Source: Yoonia algicola (GTDB lineage: Bacteria > Pseudomonadota > Alphaproteobacteria > Rhodobacterales > Rhodobacteraceae). From it: a stretch of 32,000 nt of DNA. Within the stretch, counting starts at the first letter, position 1; each line of letters starts with the position of its first letter. Location of the stretch: positions 3,112,987 through 3,144,986 of the forward strand of contig NZ_CP151762.1 of assembly GCF_038443675.1 (NCBI RefSeq). Direction: 5' to 3'. Made by a program: the position numbers and the translations under genes. The notes beneath the pieces are model-generated. The model searched no databases. It was not told the origin of the DNA and saw only the letters and a program-made list of their open reading frames with translations. Positions 1-8,782 of this stretch are shown here, piece after piece.

Positions 1-1551
1 GTGACCATGGAAGAGTGGCTTTGGCAGGGTGAAGACCTTGGCGCCTCGTGGATCAAAGCACCGATCCGTGAGAGCCTGCAGGCACAAGCTGCGGGATGGC
101 GCGAAAAGCTGATTGAAGCGGCTGTTGAGCAAGACGACGACGCGATGGAAGCCTACCTTGAAGGCAACGAACCAGACGTCAAGAAGCTGCGCGAAATGAT
201 CCGCAAGGCTTGTTTGTCGCTTTCTTTCGTTCCTGTTCTGGGTGGTTCTGCGTTCAAAAACAAAGGTGTTCAGCCATTGTTGAACGCGGTTGTGGACTAT
301 CTGCCAAGCCCGCTTGATGTCATCGACTACATGGGCTTTAAGCCCGGCGACGAGACAGAAACACGCAGCATCCCACGTCGTGCGGATGACAACATGGCGT
401 TTTCTGGTCTGGCATTCAAAATCATGAACGACCCGTTTGTGGGCTCTTTGACGTTTACACGGATCTACTCCGGTAAGCTTGCCAAGGGTGACACGATGCT
501 CAACTCCACCAAGGGGAACAAAGAGCGTGTCGGTCGTATGATGATGATGCACTCGAACAACCGTGAAGAAATCTCTGAGGCCTTCGCGGGTGACATCATC
601 GCGCTGGGTGGTCTGAAGAACACAACAACAGGTGACACGATCTGTGATCCGTCCGATCCGGTTGTTCTGGAAACAATGACCTTCCCGGAGCCGGTGATCG
701 AAATCGCGGTCGAGCCAAAGACAAAGGCCGACCAAGAGAAGATGGGCATCGCGTTGCAGCGTTTGTCTGCCGAGGATCCATCCTTCCGTGTGGAAACTGA
801 TCTTGAATCCGGTCAGACCATCATGAAGGGCATGGGCGAATTGCACCTCGACATTCTTGTCGACCGCATGAAGCGCGAGTTCAAAGTCGAAGCCAACATC
901 GGTGCGCCGCAAGTGGCCTACCGTGAGACAATCGGCCACGAAGTTGAGCACACCTATACCCACAAGAAGCAATCTGGTGGTTCTGGTCAGTTCGGCGAAG
1001 TGAAAATGATCATCTCTCCGACAGAGCCGGGCGAAGGTTTCTCGTTCGAGAGCCGCATCGTTGGTGGTTCGGTGCCGAAGGAATACATCCCCGGTGTTGA
1101 AAAAGGCATCCGGTCCGTCATGGATAACGGCCCATTGGCTGGCTTCCCTGTGATCGACTTCAAGGTGGCTTTGATCGACGGTAAGTTCCACGATGTTGAC
1201 TCATCCATCATGGCGTTCGAAATCGCGGCCCGTATGTGTATGCGTGAAGGCATGCGCAAAGCTGGCGCGAAACTGCTCGAACCGATCATGAAGGTAGAAG
1301 TTGTGACACCGGAAGAACACACCGGCGGGATCATCGGCGACCTGACATCACGCCGCGGCATGGTGCAGGGTCAGGACACACGCGGCAACGCGATTGTCAT
1401 CGACGCGATGGTGCCCTTGGCGAACATGTTCGGCTACATCAACACGCTGCGTTCCATGTCTTCGGGCCGCGCGCAGTTTACGATGCAGTTTGACCACTAC
1501 GATCCAGTGCCAAGCAACATCTCTGAAGAGATCCAGGCGAAATACGCATAA
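1..1551 (+). CDS. fusA: Elongation factor G, C-terminal ~516 aa (5' end cut by window edge)
   Basis: The ORF is open from the window edge to TAA at 1549-1551. The translation has EF-G domain II-V sequence ([33 protein letters not shown]; [17 protein letters not shown]). It lies directly upstream of tuf, as in the str operon. Confidence 0.97.
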   Translation: MTMEEWLWQGEDLGASWIKAPIRESLQAQAAGWREKLIEAAVEQDDDAMEAYLEGNEPDVKKLREMIRKACLSLSFVPVLGGSAFKNKGVQPLLNAVVDYLPSPLDVIDYMGFKPGDETETRSIPRRADDNMAFSGLAFKIMNDPFVGSLTFTRIYSGKLAKGDTMLNSTKGNKERVGRMMMMHSNNREEISEAFAGDIIALGGLKNTTTGDTICDPSDPVVLETMTFPEPVIEIAVEPKTKADQEKMGIALQRLSAEDPSFRVETDLESGQTIMKGMGELHLDILVDRMKREFKVEANIGAPQVAYRETIGHEVEHTYTHKKQSGGSGQFGEVKMIISPTEPGEGFSFESRIVGGSVPKEYIPGVEKGIRSVMDNGPLAGFPVIDFKVALIDGKFHDVDSSIMAFEIAARMCMREGMRKAGAKLLEPIMKVEVVTPEEHTGGIIGDLTSRRGMVQGQDTRGNAIVIDAMVPLANMFGYINTLRSMSSGRAQFTMQFDHYDPVPSNISEEIQAKYA

Positions 1552-1555
1552 GCGG

Positions 1556-1619
1556 TGCGGCGGGGACGATAACCCCGCCCTACCCACCACACCCGTAGGG
1601 CGGGGTCACCCCGCCGCCC
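1556..1619. repeat. REPIN-like compound palindrome (two hairpins around CCTAC-N11-GTAGG)
   Basis: Sequence is GCGGCGGGGacgataaCCCCGCCCTAC-ccaccacaccc-GTAGGGCGGGGtcaCCCCGCCGC. Each half can fold on itself and the halves are mutually complementary. Other intergenic elements in this window have the same architecture. Confidence 0.5.
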
Positions 1620-1643
1620 CAACCAAATTGAAGGAGGCCTCTC

Positions 1644-2819
<1,176 letters not shown>

Positions 2820-2830
2820 TCGGACCACGC

Positions 2831-2870
2831 GTGGGTTGCACCCACCCTACGTAGGGTGGGTGCAACCCAC
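2831..2870. repeat. Perfect 40-bp palindrome, REPIN-like (two inverted GTAG-headed hairpin units)
   Basis: Sequence is GTGGGTTGCACCCACCCTAC|GTAGGGTGGGTGCAACCCAC. Each half is itself a GTGGG-ttgca-CCCAC hairpin. Confidence 0.7.
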
Positions 2871-2888
2871 CGCATGACCAAACAAACG

Positions 2889-2919
2889 AAAGGCCGCTCC
2901 AGAAATGGGGCGGCCTTTT
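2889..2919 (+). terminator. Rho-independent terminator after tuf
   Basis: Stem aaaggccgctcc / ggggcggccttt (12 bp with one G-U pair), loop agaaat, and a trailing T-run. Confidence 0.7.
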
Positions 2920-2973
2920 GACTATTAGGCTTATAGTTGGGAAACAAACACGACTAGAGCAAATGAGGGTTTA

Positions 2974-4011
2974 ATGACTACGTTGTATCGCATTCTTATT
3001 GATACCTGCATTTGGCTTGATCTAGCTAAGAGCTACAGGTCTGCCCCGCTGGTCCATGCACTATTTGAAATGTGCAATAATGCTGAACTTGAGATCATTG
3101 TCCCTGACATTGTTTTGGAGGAGTTTGCGCGGAACAAAGACCGGATTTCATCAGAAGCTACGAAGTCGTTGCAAACTCATGTTAGATTAGTGAAGCAAGC
3201 CATTCCAAGCCATGCTGTCGGGGATCAGCAGCGGAATGCCCTTGTATCTCTTGACGATATTGACTTCACCGCAGCTGTGGGCAGCAGTCCCAGTATAGTA
3301 GCACAAGTAGAAGAATTGATGTCTCACCCCGAGAACATCAACATCGAAACCACGACCTTTCATCGCTCTAGGGCAGCTTTGCGCGGCTTGGAAAAACAAG
3401 CACCCTTTCATCGTGACACGAACAATATTGCAGACGCCATTCTGTTTGAGGTCTATGATGAACTCCGGTTAGGGAAAGCGCGAGAGCATATTGCGTTTGG
3501 TTTCGCCTCAACTAACTTTAGGGACTTCAGTGACCCGAGAGGAGACAATCGACTGCCTCATCCAGAGTTAGCATATGCTTTTTCTGAAAAGTCACTATTT
3601 ATCACTGACATCGCAAAGTTTGTTCAGGACGTCAGCCCTGACTTGTTGAATGACTTCGATTTACATCATGGATTGGCACCTGACTTCCGTTCTCTCTCTG
3701 ATCTTATGCTTGAAGAGGAGAAGTTAACCGACATGATCTGGTACTCTCGGCATATGGCAAGGCGAGCGGCTATCGAGAACGGTAATATCAAGGTGCTTGC
3801 AGACCAAGATTACTCTCGAGACCCATATAGACCCGGTGAGATACTTGATACCGTTTGGGAGGGTGCCCTCGCTGCAGCCAAAGAAGTCGAACTTCGATAT
3901 GGATTGGAAAACCTTGGTCCATGGGACGATTTTGAGTGGGGCATGCTAAACGGCAAGCTTTCAGCAATACGATGGATGCTTGGATATGATTGGGACATGC
4001 TAGATACCTGA
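2974..4011 (+). CDS. PIN-like nuclease domain protein with unrecognised Trp-rich C-terminal domain (345 aa)
   Basis: A GAGGG SD lies 5 nt upstream of the ATG. The N-terminal ~190 aa carries acidic residues in PIN order: D10 (ILIDTCIW), E49/E50 (IVPDIVLEEF), D154 (NNIADAILFEV), N181/D184 (FASTNFRDF). I do not recognise the C-terminus (GPWDDFEWGMLNGKLSAIRWMLGYDWDMLDT). The sequence is visibly AT-richer than the flanking genes. Confidence 0.6.
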   Translation: MTTLYRILIDTCIWLDLAKSYRSAPLVHALFEMCNNAELEIIVPDIVLEEFARNKDRISSEATKSLQTHVRLVKQAIPSHAVGDQQRNALVSLDDIDFTAAVGSSPSIVAQVEELMSHPENINIETTTFHRSRAALRGLEKQAPFHRDTNNIADAILFEVYDELRLGKAREHIAFGFASTNFRDFSDPRGDNRLPHPELAYAFSEKSLFITDIAKFVQDVSPDLLNDFDLHHGLAPDFRSLSDLMLEEEKLTDMIWYSRHMARRAAIENGNIKVLADQDYSRDPYRPGEILDTVWEGALAAAKEVELRYGLENLGPWDDFEWGMLNGKLSAIRWMLGYDWDMLDT

Positions 4012-4053
4012 CAGCAAAGTGCGACTTTAACTTACTACAACTGCACACGCCCC

Positions 4054-4082
4054 TTTACACACCCCCCGACTCCCCCTATACG
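4054..4082 (+). promoter_or_regulatory. Sigma70-type promoter for rpsJ operon (TTTACA-N16-CTATAC)
   Basis: cccTTTACAcaccccccgactccccCTATACGCC. It is nearly identical in layout and -10 context to the elements at 7775-7802 and 16991-17018. Confidence 0.5.
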
Positions 4083-4206
4083 CCCGCTATCCATCACGGG
4101 GTGCGCCATGCGTGCCCCTTTTACGTTGGATCAAAAGACGCGATGAGGGCTCTGGATGAGCCAAGGTCCTCCTCTCCGATCTAGGCCCTAATCAAAGGGT
4201 GATGAC

Positions 4207-4518
4207 ATGGCAGCCAGCCAAAACATCCGTATTCGCCTTAAGGCGTTTGATTTCCGCGTACTTGATGCAAGCACCGCAGAAATCGTCAGCACAGCAAAGC
4301 GCACTGGCGCATCTGTGCGTGGACCGATCCCACTTCCAAACAAGATCGAGAAGTTCACTGTTCTGCGTGGTCCGCACGTTGACAAGAAATCCCGCGATCA
4401 GTTCGAGATCCGTACGCACAAGCGCCTTCTCGACATCATCGACCCGACACCACAGACAGTTGACGCGCTGATGAAGCTCGACCTGGCTGCCGGTGTTGAC
4501 GTCCAGATTTCTGTATAA
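4207..4518 (+). CDS. rpsJ: 30S ribosomal protein S10
   Basis: 103 aa. [16 protein letters not shown]...[33 protein letters not shown] is classical S10. Confidence 0.99.
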   Translation: MAASQNIRIRLKAFDFRVLDASTAEIVSTAKRTGASVRGPIPLPNKIEKFTVLRGPHVDKKSRDQFEIRTHKRLLDIIDPTPQTVDALMKLDLAAGVDVQISV

Positions 4519-4530
4519 GGAGTTTCACAG

Positions 4531-5382
4531 ATGCTCCGTACAGGACTTATCGCAAAGAAAGTCGGCATGACCCGACTGTTCATGGAAGACGGCCGTCAGA
4601 TTCCTGTTACCGTTCTTTCCCTCGAAAACCTGCAGGTTGTTGCTCAGCGTACGCCTGAGACAAACGGCTACACAGCTGTTCAGCTGGGCGCAGGCAATGC
4701 CAAAGCCAAGCGCACGTCGCAAGCGATGCGCGGTCACTTCGCAAAGGCCAAAGTAGAACCCAAGCGCAAGGTCGCCGAGTTCCGCGTTGCCCCTGAGAAC
4801 ATGATCAATGTTGGCGAAACCCTGACTGCGAACCACTACTTCGAAGGTCAGTACGTTGACGTTTGTGGCACATCTATCGGTAAAGGTTTTGCCGGTGCGA
4901 TGAAGCGTCACAACTTTGGCGGTTTGCGCGCAACACACGGTGTGTCCGTGTCCCACCGTTCGCATGGTTCGACTGGCCAGTGTCAGGACCCAGGCAAGGT
5001 TTTCAAAGGCAAGAAAATGGCCGGCCAAATGGGTTCCGCCCGCGTGACCACACAGAACCTGCAAGTCATCAAGACCGATGCTGACCGTGGTGTCATAATG
5101 GTCAAAGGCGCCGTTCCCGGCTCCAAGGGTGGCTGGGTCACAATCAAGGATGCGGTTAAGAAACCAACGCCTGAGAATGTGATCTACCCTGCTGGTCTGC
5201 AATCCATGGACGAAGAAGCAAAGCGTCTGGCTGAAGAAGCCGCTGCCGCTGCTGCTGCTGAAGAGGAAGCTGCTGCAAAGGCGGCTGCCGAAGCGGAACA
5301 GGCCGCACTGGAAGCCGCTGAAGCTGATGCTGCAACTGAAGCCCCGGCAGATGATGCCGCACCGACAGAAGGTGATAAATAA
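4531..5382 (+). CDS. rplC: 50S ribosomal protein L3 with ~58-aa Ala/Glu-rich C-terminal tail
   Basis: [17 protein letters not shown]... forms the L3 core up to about VTIKDAVKK. From 5206 the sequence is a low-complexity tail ([41 protein letters not shown]). Confidence 0.98.
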   Translation: MLRTGLIAKKVGMTRLFMEDGRQIPVTVLSLENLQVVAQRTPETNGYTAVQLGAGNAKAKRTSQAMRGHFAKAKVEPKRKVAEFRVAPENMINVGETLTANHYFEGQYVDVCGTSIGKGFAGAMKRHNFGGLRATHGVSVSHRSHGSTGQCQDPGKVFKGKKMAGQMGSARVTTQNLQVIKTDADRGVIMVKGAVPGSKGGWVTIKDAVKKPTPENVIYPAGLQSMDEEAKRLAEEAAAAAAAEEEAAAKAAAEAEQAALEAAEADAATEAPADDAAPTEGDK

Positions 5383-6002
5383 TGAAGGCTGATGCAATCA
5401 AACTGGACGGCAAGACAGCCGGTTCCGTCGAACTGAACGACGAAATCTTTGGTCTTGAGCCGCGCAAGGACATCTTGCACCGCGTCGTTCGCTGGCAGCG
5501 TAACAAGGCAATGGCAGGTACACACGATGTGCTTGGTCGTTCCGAGGTGAGCTATTCCACCAAGAAGATCTATCGCCAGAAGGGCACCGGTGGCGCACGT
5601 CACGGGTCGCGCGGCGCGCCGATCTTCCGTTCCGGTGGTACATACAAGGGGCCAACACCCCGTAGCCACGCGCATGATCTGACAAAGAAGTTCCGCAAGC
5701 TTGGTCTGAAGCACGCCCTGTCCGCGAAAGTGGCCGCAGGCGAGCTGGTGATCGTTGACACCATCGACGTCAAAGACGCCAAGACCGGTGTACTGGCCAA
5801 AATGGTCGGCGCTCTGGGCTGGAAACGTGCGCTGATCATCGACGGTGCCGAAGTGAACGAAAACTTCGCCAAGGCCGCCGCCAACATCACAACCATTAAC
5901 GTTCTGCCATCCATGGGCGCGAACGTTTACGACATCCTGAAGTCGGACACACTCGTCCTGACCAAAGCAGGTGTCGAAGCTCTGGAGGCCCGTTTGTCAT
6001 GA
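5382..6002 (+). CDS. rplD: 50S ribosomal protein L4
   Basis: 206 aa. The start overlaps the rplC stop (TAATG). The sequence contains [21 protein letters not shown]. Confidence 0.98.
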   Translation: MKADAIKLDGKTAGSVELNDEIFGLEPRKDILHRVVRWQRNKAMAGTHDVLGRSEVSYSTKKIYRQKGTGGARHGSRGAPIFRSGGTYKGPTPRSHAHDLTKKFRKLGLKHALSAKVAAGELVIVDTIDVKDAKTGVLAKMVGALGWKRALIIDGAEVNENFAKAAANITTINVLPSMGANVYDILKSDTLVLTKAGVEALEARLS

Positions 6003-6295
6003 ACGCCAAGGCAGAACACTACGACGTGATCCGCAAGCCGATCATCACCGAGAAAGCAACGATGGCTTCTGAAGCCAATGCCGTTGTTTTCGAAGTGGCA
6101 ATCGACGCGAACAAACCAATGATCAAGGAAGCTGTTGAAAGCCTCTTTGGTGTAAAGGTCAAAGCGGTCAACACATCGATCACCAAAGGTAAAGTGAAGC
6201 GCTTCCGTGGATCCCTGGGCACACGCAAAGACGTGAAAAAAGCCTATGTGACGCTCGAAGAGGGCAACACGATTGACGTGAGCACCGGTCTGTAA
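5999..6295 (+). CDS. rplW: 50S ribosomal protein L23
   Basis: 98 aa. It overlaps rplD by [18 protein letters not shown] is the L23 N-terminus. Confidence 0.98.
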   Translation: MNAKAEHYDVIRKPIITEKATMASEANAVVFEVAIDANKPMIKEAVESLFGVKVKAVNTSITKGKVKRFRGSLGTRKDVKKAYVTLEEGNTIDVSTGL

Positions 6296-6317
6296 GATCG
6301 GTTCGCGATGAAGTTAG

Positions 6318-6346
6318 AAAGGCCCCCGCACTGCAGGGGCCTTTTT
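6318..6346 (+). terminator. Rho-independent terminator after rplW
   Basis: Hairpin aaaGGCCCCcgcactgcaGGGGCCttttt with a T5 run. Confidence 0.7.
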
Positions 6347-6362
6347 CGTTTGAGGGCAGGGA

Positions 6363-6405
6363 GTCGGGGCAAGCCCCGACCTACGTAGGCCGGGGCCTGC
6401 CCCGG
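6363..6405. repeat. REPIN-like element (GTCGGGG..CCCCGACCTAC|GTAGGCCGGGG..CCCCGG)
   Basis: Sequence is GTCGGGGcaaGCCCCGACCTAC GTAGGCCGGGGcctGCCCCGG. The same unit recurs at 15378-15428 and as a half unit at 16292-16313. Confidence 0.75.
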
Positions 6406-6470
6406 TGATGCAACGGTTGCCGCAAATGCAAGCGCCAGCGATGGCTCATGGGGTCGTATAGGCTACACAC

Positions 6471-7052
6471 CTAGTCTTTTTCCGTTGGATAGATCTTGTG
6501 CTCAGGATCCCACCAAACAACATAGAAAGTTGACTTTTGGCGGTATCCCCAAATTCTTTGCGTTGATCCGATCCTGAAGCGAAACAGCTCTTCCTCCTCC
6601 CGTCCGATCTTTAACCACCTTGACTGCGCTTCTCCACAAATTGAATCCCAGCTTTGGTCATGATGCTTCTTTCTGCGCTTTCGTTTGGACCCAGTTCTTT
6701 GGTCCAGTATCTCGGCCCAAGTTAAAGTACTCATCATGATCATTGTGGATTTGACTACGCACTGGTCGCCGCTTGTTCTTGCAGTTGTGCACCAGTTTCG
6801 ATGCTGCCCCCATGACCATTCATCTTCCCGATCAGCACATTCGTGAAGAACGTAGTCCATGCGCATTTGCATGATACTCTGAGGGTCAGCTCCTGTGCGA
6901 GGAAGTTCTTCAGTGCCTACGACTTCCGCCAATCGTGGATTTAGGTCTTGCTGAACCCGCTCAGAGAAACGAACCGATCGTTTTTGTTTTTCCAACTTCT
7001 TCGCAAGTTTGCGATCGATCCGTGCTTGCTTCTTACTAGTACGCTCGGCCAT
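6471..7052 (-). CDS. Candidate toxin partner of the Panacea antitoxin; 193-aa basic, Trp/His/Cys-rich protein of unrecognised family
   Basis: Its ATG overlaps the upstream gene's stop (TAATG, 7050-7054). It has a Lys/Arg-rich N-terminus, a KRKRRKK patch, and the C-terminal strand-like motif ELFRFRIGSTQRIWGYRQKSTFYVVWWDPEHKIYP. Two hand-counted 60-nt lines gave 43% GC. Confidence 0.55.
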   Translation of the reverse strand: MAERTSKKQARIDRKLAKKLEKQKRSVRFSERVQQDLNPRLAEVVGTEELPRTGADPQSIMQMRMDYVLHECADREDEWSWGQHRNWCTTARTSGDQCVVKSTMIMMSTLTWAEILDQRTGSKRKRRKKHHDQSWDSICGEAQSRWLKIGREEEELFRFRIGSTQRIWGYRQKSTFYVVWWDPEHKIYPTEKD

Positions 7053-7501
7053 TAGTTGGCGGCAGATTGTAGTCCGGAATAATACTCATGCATATCAGCG
7101 TGAGTTATCTCTTCATTGCAGTTTTGGCCGTCAGACACTCCTGCGCGATCGCGCGCTATGTTCCAAGGTGCTTCAAGGTGTGTTAGATCGCTTAGCCACT
7201 GGGCTGACTTGTTACCATAAAAATCCAGCACGACTTTGATGACTTCTTTCTGATTATCACTCAGTCTGGTTGGGTCGCCCGGGATCGAAGCCCGAGAGAC
7301 TCTGAATTGTCCTCGGTGTCGGGCATACAAATCTGGAGAAACAGGACCGTTGGCCCAAGCTTCAAACCTCTCGTCAAACAGCTGTTCTTCTCGCCAAACC
7401 AAAGACCAACTCTGTGCGTAATAGACAAGCTTTTGCAGCTTCATAGAAGTCATTTCGCCGAGCTCGTCCAGAACGAACGCAGCAACATCGTGAACAGACA
7501 T
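7052..7501 (-). CDS. Panacea (DUF4065/PF13274, SocA/GepA-like) antitoxin-domain protein
   Basis: MTSMKLQKLVYYAQSWSLVWREEQLFDERFEAWANGPVSPDLY is the hallmark DUF4065 core. I start it at ATG 7501 rather than the track's TTG 7513, because GGAGGGAAGC immediately upstream then serves as the SD. Confidence 0.85.
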   Translation of the reverse strand: MSVHDVAAFVLDELGEMTSMKLQKLVYYAQSWSLVWREEQLFDERFEAWANGPVSPDLYARHRGQFRVSRASIPGDPTRLSDNQKEVIKVVLDFYGNKSAQWLSDLTHLEAPWNIARDRAGVSDGQNCNEEITHADMHEYYSGLQSAAN

Positions 7502-7628
7502 GCTTCCCTCCAATGAGTTTGTCTAAGTGTAGCTAAGCACACCTTTTTGCATTCCAATAACCGACTAATCAAGTTAATGCGAGCATTTGCTAGGTTTTCA
7601 TGGAATTTGGGGCAGAAAGTGAGTCATT

Positions 7629-7654
7629 TTGGACGTGCGACTTGGACGTGCGAC
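7629..7654. repeat. Tandem direct repeat, 2 x 13 bp (TTGGACGTGCGAC)
   Basis: There are two exact adjacent copies at 7629-7641 and 7642-7654. They are followed by gcTTGG, a partial third start. Confidence 0.9.
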
Positions 7655-7774
7655 GCTTGGCAAAAAGACTCTGGTGTTCCTTCCATAGGTAAAGCGGTTC
7701 GATAACTATACGAAGTTAGTGGAAATAATACGTTAACTGCGCCATCCACCTAGGAATCTTGGCTATCTAATCCC

Positions 7775-7802
7775 TTGCCACCTTCACCCCTCCCCGCTAT
7801 AC
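7775..7802 (+). promoter_or_regulatory. Sigma70-type promoter for rplB operon (TTGCCA-N16-CTATAC)
   Basis: cccTTGCCAccttcacccctccccgCTATACGCC. It is a close paralogue of the rpsJ and rplO promoter candidates. Confidence 0.5.
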
Positions 7803-7937
7803 GCCCTCAATCACCTGACCTCGGGATTCGTTCCGGGGTCTTTGTGGTATACCTATGGGCACCTACGGGGGCCTCTCACATCAGGGTTCCTGCTGATCTA
7901 ATCATGGGGGCCCGCCAAGCAAACGGAAGAAGCTAAC

Positions 7938-8780
7938 ATGGCACTCAAGTCGTACAAACCGACGACGCCGGGCCAGCGTGGGCTGGTGCTGATCGACCGT
8001 TCGGAGCTTTGGAAAGGACGTCCTGTCAAATCCCTTACTGAGGGTCTGACGAAATCGGGCGGCCGGAACAACACCGGACGGATCACCATGCGTCGTATTG
8101 GTGGGGGCGCAAAGCGTCTTTACCGCATCGTCGATTTCAAGCGTAACAAGCTGGATATGCCTGCTGTTGTTGCACGGATCGAATATGACCCGAACCGCAC
8201 CGCATTTATCGCGCTGATCCAGTACGAAGACGGTACACAGAATTACATCCTTGCCCCCCAGCGCCTCGCGATTGGTGACAAGGTGATCGCATCCGCCAAG
8301 GCTGACATCAAGCCAGGCAACGCAATGCCCTTCAGCGGCATGCCTATCGGTACGATCGTTCACAACATCGAAATGAAAGCAGGCAAAGGCGGCCAGATCG
8401 CCCGTGCAGCCGGTACCTACGCCCAGTTTGTTGGTCGTGACGGTGGCTACGCGCAGGTCCGTTTGTCATCCGGTGAATTGCGCCTCGTACGTCAGGAATG
8501 CATGGCCACTGTCGGTGCTGTGTCCAACGCGGACCACTCGAACCAGAACTTCGGTAAAGCAGGCCGCATGCGTCACAAGGGCATCCGCCCATCTGTGCGT
8601 GGTGTTGCCATGAACCCGATCGACCACCCGCACGGTGGTGGTGAAGGCCGGACATCTGGTGGTCGGACGCCTGTGACTCCTTGGGGTAAAGACACCAAGG
8701 GCAAGCGTACCCGTAACAAGAACAAAGCGTCGCAGAGCCTTATCATCCGCTCGCGTCACGCCAAGAAGAAGGGTCGTTAA
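7938..8780 (+). CDS. rplB: 50S ribosomal protein L2
   Basis: 280 aa. It contains [15 protein letters not shown] and HPHGGGEGR. Confidence 0.99.
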   Translation: MALKSYKPTTPGQRGLVLIDRSELWKGRPVKSLTEGLTKSGGRNNTGRITMRRIGGGAKRLYRIVDFKRNKLDMPAVVARIEYDPNRTAFIALIQYEDGTQNYILAPQRLAIGDKVIASAKADIKPGNAMPFSGMPIGTIVHNIEMKAGKGGQIARAAGTYAQFVGRDGGYAQVRLSSGELRLVRQECMATVGAVSNADHSNQNFGKAGRMRHKGIRPSVRGVAMNPIDHPHGGGEGRTSGGRTPVTPWGKDTKGKRTRNKNKASQSLIIRSRHAKKKGR

Positions 8781-8782
8781 TT

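Noticed and set aside
7577-7711. A 44-codon + strand ORF (MRAFARFSWNLGQKVSHFGRATWTCDAW...) spans the tandem 13-bp repeat.
   Set aside because: It has no Shine-Dalgarno and no recognisable motif, and its repeat-derived sequence suggests a non-coding spacer.
7707-7718. There is a 12-nt exact match (TATACGAAGTTA) to the right arm of loxP (TATACGAAGTTAT), preceded by ATAAC.
   Set aside because: Only one arm is present. There is no inverted ATAACTTCGTATA partner at 8-bp spacing and no recombinase gene nearby. It is most simply a chance match or a small local hairpin (TAAC..GTTA), and it is not evidence of engineering or a functional lox site.
6468-7753. A 7-bp direct repeat CACCTAG sits at both ends of the TA insert (6468-6474 and 7747-7753) and could be a target-site duplication.
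   Set aside because: A 7-mer shared between two ~100-nt flanks is close to chance expectation. The left copy overlaps the toxin stop codon. No associated inverted repeats or recombinase were found.
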